A DNA stretch of 64,000 bases from a virus. The stretch covers positions 32,423-96,422 of IMG/VR virus record IMGVR_UViG_3300032240_000412; one strand, written 5' to 3'. Positions 58,681-64,000 of the stretch are shown here, piece by piece; the first letter of the stretch is position 1; each line of letters begins with the position of its first letter. The notes beneath the pieces are model-generated. The model saw only the letters and a program-made list of their open reading frames with translations. It ran no database searches and had not been told where the DNA came from. The translations under genes were made by a program, and so were the position numbers.

Positions 58681-59431
58681 GCAAAACTTTATTGTACATT
58701 AAACGGCTTACTAGGTCAACACGTTGCTTGATCGAACGAGCGCCTAATACCACTACACTATATAGGTGATTGTTCTTTTCAACCAACAAGGTAACACAGT
58801 ATCCGGCAGGATTGGTAAATCCTGTCTTGCCCAACACAATGTTATCAAATTTTTCCAACAACACATGGTTAGTACTGTTAAGAGTAATAACCTGAGACTT
58901 TTTCTTTCGCTTGCTGACAACTTGAAAATTCTTTTTGGTACTGGTAGTACGTATAAAATTATATCCATAGGCGGCAAGAGCCAGTATACCAACTTCTCTC
59001 GCAGTTGATTTATTTTCAATGTTCAATCCAGAAGCATCTGCAAACGTGGAATTATACATACCAATGGTACGAGCCTTGATATTCATTAATAACATAAAAG
59101 TATCTCTACCACCAGGGAATGTGTCAGCCAAGGTCTCTGCCGCACCATTATCGCTTTTGACAAGCATGGCCGTTAGCAGTTCTTCTACAGTATAAGTCTT
59201 ACTGGGCAATTGACTGCCCAGTTTGGTTTTGTATTCTATGGGTTTAGTCAAGTCACTGTAGTGATCCAACACAACCATAGCAGTCATTAATTTTGTAATG
59301 CTTGCAATGCTTCTTACTTCATCGGCATTCTGTTCTACCACAGTAGAGTGTTGATTTTGATCATACACTAACACAGTTTCTGCAAAAGCCGATGACACCA
59401 CAAACATCATCAGTATGATTAAATAGCGCAT
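58670..59431 (-). CDS. Secreted D-Ala-D-Ala carboxypeptidase/endopeptidase (peptidase S11, PBP5/PBP7-like)
   Basis: Signal peptide (MRYLIILMMFVVSSAFA), SxxK (ASITK), SxN (SDN) and KTG (GKTGFT). Confidence 0.92.
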   Translation of the reverse strand: MRYLIILMMFVVSSAFAETVLVYDQNQHSTVVEQNADEVRSIASITKLMTAMVVLDHYSDLTKPIEYKTKLGSQLPSKTYTVEELLTAMLVKSDNGAAETLADTFPGGRDTFMLLMNIKARTIGMYNSTFADASGLNIENKSTAREVGILALAAYGYNFIRTTSTKKNFQVVSKRKKKSQVITLNSTNHVLLEKFDNIVLGKTGFTNPAGYCVTLLVEKNNHLYSVVVLGARSIKQRVDLVSRLMYNKVLLGA

Positions 59432-59435
59432 TTAC

Positions 59436-59441
59436 TATTTA
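59436..59441 (-). promoter_or_regulatory. Late promoter box TAAATA
   Basis: Minus strand reads TAAATA-GTAA-ATG, directly before the S11 peptidase start. Confidence 0.45.
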
Positions 59442-59951
59442 TTCGTTCATTCCCATCTCAATGCGTAGGATTTTCTCCACATATTTGTTCAAAGTCATGT
59501 CGTTTTCGTGTGCCAACAGCATCAATTGGTGCAGAGATTCCTTGTCAAGGTTTAGCGGTACACTGATGCTTGTATCGTAATCTTCGCCATCACGGATAGC
59601 AAGACACTTTTGGATAAAGTCATCGTCGACTTCTAAATCCGTATAGTTGACACCATCCCAGGCTTCGTTTAAATCAACATTACGCAAAAACGATTCTTCA
59701 CTGTGCTTTTTACGCTTGTTTTCGACGATCATGCGATAGGCACGATCGTTGGTATAATCACTTACTGTAACTTCGTAGACCTTTTGAGTCTTGGTACTAA
59801 ACACAATGCTAAAACTGTATCCACCTTTACCATGGACACCATTCCATGAGTCTAAGCAATAGGCATTAGCGCCATAACATTGCCAACCATAGTCACCGCC
59901 TTCGGTGATCTTGTAGTCAACCAATTCCATCCATTCTTTCATTGAGATCAT
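59439..59951 (-). CDS. Hypothetical protein (C-terminal RHH-like segment)
   Basis: ATG 59951 follows GAAGG; ends LMLLAHENDMTLNKYVEKIL. Confidence 0.65.
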   Translation of the reverse strand: MISMKEWMELVDYKITEGGDYGWQCYGANAYCLDSWNGVHGKGGYSFSIVFSTKTQKVYEVTVSDYTNDRAYRMIVENKRKKHSEESFLRNVDLNEAWDGVNYTDLEVDDDFIQKCLAIRDGEDYDTSISVPLNLDKESLHQLMLLAHENDMTLNKYVEKILRIEMGMNE

Positions 59952-59968
59952 TTTATACCTTTCGAAGA

Positions 59969-60214
59969 TTAATAACCACGCTTCATACGTTCGCTTGCTT
60001 CTTGACAGAAGATGCATAATTCGCATCCTTTAACGGCCAATTGTCGTGCTTCAGGAATGTCCTCGCCGCATTCCACACAATGACTCAAGCTCGGTCCAGT
60101 CTTTATTTTAGCACGAACTGCTTCAAGTGCGCGATCGTTAAAGATCATTACGGACATCTGTGCCTGTTCTGTTTCTTCGGATGTTTCACGTTGGATGTTG
60201 ACTATTTCGTTCAT
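59969..60214 (-). CDS. TraR/DksA C4 zinc-finger protein
   Basis: CVECGEDIPEARQLAVKGCELCIFCQ; ATG 60214 is preferred; TAAATA box at 60241-60246 (-). Confidence 0.88.
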   Translation of the reverse strand: MNEIVNIQRETSEETEQAQMSVMIFNDRALEAVRAKIKTGPSLSHCVECGEDIPEARQLAVKGCELCIFCQEASERMKRGY

Positions 60215-60255
60215 ATTGATACTTTCAAAAAATACTGAGTTATTTACCAATTCGT

Positions 60256-60813
60256 TTACAAAACCAGGTGCTTGAAGTACGTGTAATGTTTTTCCAATGT
60301 CCAAGTCTTTGGATCAATTACAGTACCGTCATGTGTTTGATACTGGGCCGCAAACACATTGGTGTAACGTTCAAACGGCAACCACATATTAGGAGTCTTA
60401 CTAGCCCAGCCTGCATCCTTAAGAGCCATGTGTTTAGCACGGCTCAGGCGCACAGTAGGAGTGTTAAGTGCCTGCTCTACAGAGATCTTGCCTGCTAACA
60501 ACAAATCACGAATACGACTTGCAGGAATTAGGTGCTCAAAGTCGCATTCTTCATCTGCCCCAACTTCGTGGTAGTGTGCTAACATACCGTCACGTTGTTG
60601 GATACAGTACTCGTGATATCGACGCAGGTAGTAATCAATGTCGTTACGAATCTCTCGCAACAACTGTTGGTCATTACGTACAGCCGCATACTCTGCAACT
60701 AAACGAGTTAGGTTGCGAGTACAGTAACTGGCTACAGTTTGATAAGTCTCGGCAGTACGCTTGGTCTTACCATAAACTGGAGCCGTAAATTGTTCGAGAG
60801 ATTCTTTTAACAT
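60256..60813 (-). CDS. Hypothetical protein with an EHxxP (His-Me/HNH-like) motif
   Basis: DFEHLIP followed by a downstream His (AKH) and ERY; starts 1 nt after the stop of the ParB-like gene. Confidence 0.55.
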   Translation of the reverse strand: MLKESLEQFTAPVYGKTKRTAETYQTVASYCTRNLTRLVAEYAAVRNDQQLLREIRNDIDYYLRRYHEYCIQQRDGMLAHYHEVGADEECDFEHLIPASRIRDLLLAGKISVEQALNTPTVRLSRAKHMALKDAGWASKTPNMWLPFERYTNVFAAQYQTHDGTVIDPKTWTLEKHYTYFKHLVL

Positions 60814-60814
60814 A

Positions 60815-61873
60815 TTATGCCTCTACGGTAGGAAACAAACCTTTTGCTACATTGCCTTCTTCAATGCCCATTTTGCTACCTTCACCGTGATATGGCAGTT
60901 TCAATGTACCGCCACTGATGATGTGCAGTTCGCGCATGAAGTTAGCCATAGCGTCCGGAGCAGACCAGCTGGCACCCGGGCGTACATGCGCCCATTGTGT
61001 TTTACATTTGGCGTGAACTAGCGAGCTAGACTTATAGCAGTTATCCTTGATACTCTTAAGTAAAGTTTTCATCCACCCTGCAGGTAACTTGTCTGCTGGA
61101 TTTGTACTAGAGATGCGATGCAACTCATACAATCCAATAAACACACCTTGATCAATTTCTTCTTGCAACGGAAATACAGTTTGTATGGCATCTAAGATAG
61201 CATACAAGGTATTTCCTGTGTCATCAACTTCAATTGCCTTCTGTGCATACTTAAAGTGACTAAAGAATCGGTCGTTGTCGCCACGCAGATTGTCGCTATT
61301 GCGTGAGTTCTTATCTTGAAGGTCAATGCCAGCGGCATCAAACTTGTCCTGCATTGTCTTGGCACGAACTACCTTGACATCACGACTACCATTCTTGTAG
61401 CGTACCAGAGCATTACGGTGCAAGTCACCAGGAGTCAGTCGTTTAACACCAGTGTCATTCAGCAGTTCAAACGCATAGCTGGCAAAGTTAGGATCATCGG
61501 TTTCTACCACAGCACAAGGCACTTCAGTAAAACCTAATAGGCCAGCCGCAATGGTACGGTGTTGTGCGTCATACAAATAAATTGTAGGCTTGCTAAGAAC
61601 ACGACAAGCACTACCGGTACTGCAAATACGTGGATCCCATTTTGACATGATATTGATAATATGCTTGTGAATCACATCACGTTGCACTTCGTAGTCAATC
61701 CAAAGATCTTCAATCTTGATCATTGAACTGTTAGGGAATTTATGTGATAGAGCCCGAGCACGAGCTCGCCATGCATCAAGGTGTTGTTGTGTCACACCAT
61801 AGTGTGCTTTGAGTTGTTTCTCGACTTCTGTAATAACATCAGTCAGTTTTCGTGTAAGGCGTTTTGCGGCCAT
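60815..61873 (-). CDS. ParB/Srx-superfamily (DGQHR/DUF262-like) protein
   Basis: L.IDYEVQR, YLYDAQHR (D[G/A]QHR), VPCAVV, A.YAFELLN..VKRLTPGD. Confidence 0.7.
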   Translation of the reverse strand: MAAKRLTRKLTDVITEVEKQLKAHYGVTQQHLDAWRARARALSHKFPNSSMIKIEDLWIDYEVQRDVIHKHIINIMSKWDPRICSTGSACRVLSKPTIYLYDAQHRTIAAGLLGFTEVPCAVVETDDPNFASYAFELLNDTGVKRLTPGDLHRNALVRYKNGSRDVKVVRAKTMQDKFDAAGIDLQDKNSRNSDNLRGDNDRFFSHFKYAQKAIEVDDTGNTLYAILDAIQTVFPLQEEIDQGVFIGLYELHRISSTNPADKLPAGWMKTLLKSIKDNCYKSSSLVHAKCKTQWAHVRPGASWSAPDAMANFMRELHIISGGTLKLPYHGEGSKMGIEEGNVAKGLFPTVEA

Positions 61874-61898
61874 AAAGTTTCTCCTTGGGGTTAAGACA

Positions 61899-61961
61899 GA
61901 GCACTATGCTCCTACCGCTAATTGAACTAATGTTGCACTATGCAACCGGTGTTCGCCTAGC
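61899..61961 (-). promoter_or_regulatory. Structured 5' leader with two hairpins sharing the core GCATAGTGC
   Basis: Minus strand GTTGCA-TAG-TGCAAC (61932-61946) and GAGCA-TAG-TGCTC (61899-61911), between the promoter and the AAGGAG RBS. Confidence 0.6.
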
Positions 61962-61971
61962 AAGTATATGG

Positions 61972-62000
61972 ATTATACAGGATAATTTGTTTATTGTCAA
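61972..62000 (-). promoter_or_regulatory. Consensus sigma70 promoter for the ParB-like/HNH-like operon
   Basis: TTGACA-17-TATAAT with a TG extension. Confidence 0.8.
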
Positions 62001-62015
62001 CCTAATACACAAGTA

Positions 62016-62375
62016 CTACATTTGGTTGTTTAGGTACTGTACAAGATTGCCTGCATGTAACTGAATCATTACAGCATCGCGGTCGTCAAATACTTCTAGT
62101 GTTTTGAGATTTTGAATAAAGTATGGACTGGCAAAGCATCGTTCCAGTTGAAGTAATTGCTTTGGCAGTATCTTGGCATCAAGCGCCACTGTCCAATAAG
62201 GTAGTTTGGAATTTTTATGTGCGTGATCAAACCCACGCTGAGTTAATCTTAAGCTTCGTGGATTTAAGGGATTGTACCACCAAACATGTTCTACACCTGG
62301 CCAATCGGCGCCAGGCTGAACAGCATCAATCATCAGCTGTTGCCAGTATGCTTGACTATGGGTAGATTCGGTCAC
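62016..62375 (-). CDS. Hypothetical protein
   Basis: 119 aa; WW.NP...SLRLT..G. Confidence 0.6.
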   Translation of the reverse strand: MTESTHSQAYWQQLMIDAVQPGADWPGVEHVWWYNPLNPRSLRLTQRGFDHAHKNSKLPYWTVALDAKILPKQLLQLERCFASPYFIQNLKTLEVFDDRDAVMIQLHAGNLVQYLNNQM

Positions 62376-62643
62376 CTTGTTTTAGTAACACCACAGTAAA
62401 CTTGTCTGTCTTGAATAAGACATTTAATTTTTTAGCTAGATTGATAGCATGGCCAGGATTACTAAAGCTGACCTTCTTGTACTTTGGCCCAGGGTATGCA
62501 ACCAATATATTATGTGACTTTAAGTTAATGGGTTGGTTGTCGTAGAAGACTGCCCAGATACCTTCACTACTAAGAACTTGGTCGCTCTTATAGTTGTTTT
62601 TGTTTACATACTCTAATAGAACATTTGGTTTTGGTCTTGACAT
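62356..62643 (-). CDS. Conserved phage hypothetical protein (MSRPKP...GPKYKKVSFSNPGHA)
   Basis: 95 aa with a TAAGGA RBS and a late box upstream. Confidence 0.7.
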   Translation of the reverse strand: MSRPKPNVLLEYVNKNNYKSDQVLSSEGIWAVFYDNQPINLKSHNILVAYPGPKYKKVSFSNPGHAINLAKKLNVLFKTDKFTVVLLKQGDRIYP

Positions 62644-62656
62644 ATCAACTATTTCC

Positions 62657-62680
62657 TTACGTCTTTTATTTATGACGTAA
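62657..62680 (-). promoter_or_regulatory. Late promoter TAAATA inside the loop of a hairpin that overlaps the RBS
   Basis: Minus strand reads TTACGTC-ATAAATAAAA-GACGTAA-GGA...ATG. Confidence 0.6.
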
Positions 62681-62693
62681 TATACGTAGTTTA

Positions 62694-62900
62694 TTAAAAA
62701 TTTCCACCATCTAAACTTGAAGGAGTTTCTACTGTAGGCGATGTAACCGCTTGATTTGTAAGCATGGCCAACAGTTGAAATATTTCTGCATGAAGATTTC
62801 TTGCTTCTTCTGCTTGCAAAACCAAGGTTCTACTATTGGTTTGATTCATTACACGTACTCGATCATTGAAATTTTTTACATGCAGACTGATGTTACTCAT
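62694..62900 (-). CDS. Hypothetical protein (C-terminal DGGNF)
   Basis: 68-aa ORF overlapping the upstream gene. Confidence 0.6.
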   Translation of the reverse strand: MSNISLHVKNFNDRVRVMNQTNSRTLVLQAEEARNLHAEIFQLLAMLTNQAVTSPTVETPSSLDGGNF

Positions 62901-63378
62901 TTTCTAAATCCTTTAAGTGCGCTACCATTTCTTCTTTTGAAGTAAATGGACCACGGTATTCGTAACGTTGTAGTGTAATTAGTTTGGGGCATACTGCCTT
63001 GGTCCAGCAGTTAGAAAACTTTACCAGGTAATGACCAGCACAGAAATAACTTTTACTTTTTGCAGTTTTGGTAAAAATAGGCAGTTTCTTTTTTACATCG
63101 TACAGCTTGTTATGTGTCCTAAAGTTACTAGGATAGCCATAGACATCGTAAGTATCTTCGGATGCAGATTTTGTCTTTTTAAACTTATCAAAAACAATGT
63201 TATGCTTTTGTCCAAGTACCTTGACACTAGGAAAAAAAGACCTAGCATTGTCTTCAACATAGACCACACCGCCTGTTTCGTCAATGGTCTGAATAGTAGC
63301 AACTTTGTTGCCGTCTTGTTCAACAATCCAAAATTTATTTTTTACTACAGGTTTTGCCAGTAAGTTAGTCATAATCAT
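62893..63378 (-). CDS. Hypothetical protein
   Basis: 161 aa; LPIFTK..KSKS.FCAG...CPKLITLQRY..GPF. Confidence 0.7.
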   Translation of the reverse strand: MIMTNLLAKPVVKNKFWIVEQDGNKVATIQTIDETGGVVYVEDNARSFFPSVKVLGQKHNIVFDKFKKTKSASEDTYDVYGYPSNFRTHNKLYDVKKKLPIFTKTAKSKSYFCAGHYLVKFSNCWTKAVCPKLITLQRYEYRGPFTSKEEMVAHLKDLENE

Positions 63379-63584
63379 TCTCTTTCGTCCACCTTATCTA
63401 AAGTTATTTTGGCATGCCACCCCATCCGACCGTCAGAGTCCATGCGTTGTATATCTTCTAATGCAGTACGCATAATTTCGTTTTGATCTTTAAGAATATA
63501 CATTTGATTGCGTAAATTAGTGGCTTGTAGCCAACTGAGTATGGTTCCAAACAGTCTGGCAAATAATAGCCCCCAGTTTATCAT
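63375..63584 (-). CDS. Hypothetical protein
   Basis: 69 aa, coupled to both neighbours. Confidence 0.5.
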   Translation of the reverse strand: MINWGLLFARLFGTILSWLQATNLRNQMYILKDQNEIMRTALEDIQRMDSDGRMGWHAKITLDKVDERE

Positions 63585-64000
63585 TATTTGGCATCAGGAT
63601 AGCTTGCGGTTAAAAATTCTACATAGCTCTGTGCATGATCACTGATACGAGTCAGTTCATACTTGCCACAGAACTTTAGAAACTTGGTACCAACTTGGCT
63701 AACAGACTTGGGAACCGATCCAGTGGCAATAGTTTCAGCAATCTTGACCTTGACGTCTTCGGGCTGTGCTGTCAAGTCAACCAAGGTAACATTACGATTG
63801 TAATCGTCTAACACACGATGCTCGGCACCATTATGGTCGGTCCAACGCTGAAGCATGAGATTGTTCCACGCGAAGCCTTTTTTATTGCGGTCTTCAAATG
63901 CTTCTTCAAGGCCTACTTTGTTCTTGGTGCCTTTGGTACGCACACCCGGATAGGCCGAGAACACATTGTCGCTGGGATCGCCACGCATACACTTCTCAAA
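63584..64000 (-). CDS. rnh: T4 RNase H-like 5'-3' exonuclease (FEN1 family), C-terminal part; 5' end lies outside the window
   Basis: The frame is open to the window edge (FEKCMRGDPSDNVFSAYPG, H3TH motif GDxSDN); also YNRNVTLVDL..QP. Confidence 0.85.
   Translation of the reverse strand, partial: FEKCMRGDPSDNVFSAYPGVRTKGTKNKVGLEEAFEDRNKKGFAWNNLMLQRWTDHNGAEHRVLDDYNRNVTLVDLTAQPEDVKVKIAETIATGSVPKSVSQVGTKFLKFCGKYELTRISDHAQSYVEFLTASYPDAK

Noticed and set aside
1-64000. Stop-codon reassignment, as found in some large phages
   Set aside because: Genes are full length and densely packed under code 11, including a 12.8 kb ORF, and TAA, TGA and TAG all terminate genes.

Overview
64 kb of a large, T4-superfamily-like (myovirus/jumbo-type) phage genome in the standard genetic code; no tRNA, rRNA, CRISPR or mobile element was seen. 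(i) 1-25,649 (+) is a baseplate/tail module: hub, gp5-like spike with a lysozyme-like C-terminus, gp25- and gp6-like wedge proteins, a 4,269-aa protein with a 7-blade FG-GAP propeller and CBM-like repeats, and tail fibres, with TAAATA late-promoter boxes in intergenic gaps. (ii) 25,691-47,094 is a ~21 kb tailoring island starting right after the tail fibres: GT-A-like proteins, six tandem radical SAM enzymes with N-terminal Cys clusters, two SGNH-like proteins, a 33-aa '-PFIYK' peptide, a NodU/CmcH carbamoyltransferase, a kinase-nucleotidyltransferase fusion, a 25-aa peptide, a DegT aminotransferase and an NDP-sugar epimerase. (iii) 47,091-64,000 (-) holds thyA, DHFR, a MoxR/vWA-peptidase pair, many small early genes behind a family of sigma70-type promoters with a shared spacer motif, a secreted D-Ala-D-Ala carboxypeptidase, a TraR/DksA-like protein, a ParB/DGQHR-like plus EHxxP (HNH-like) gene pair with a structured leader, and a partial 5'-3' exonuclease. 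The best candidates for undescribed systems are the radical-SAM/glycan-tailoring island and the GmrSD-like two-gene module. All product calls come from motif recognition by eye; no database searches were run.
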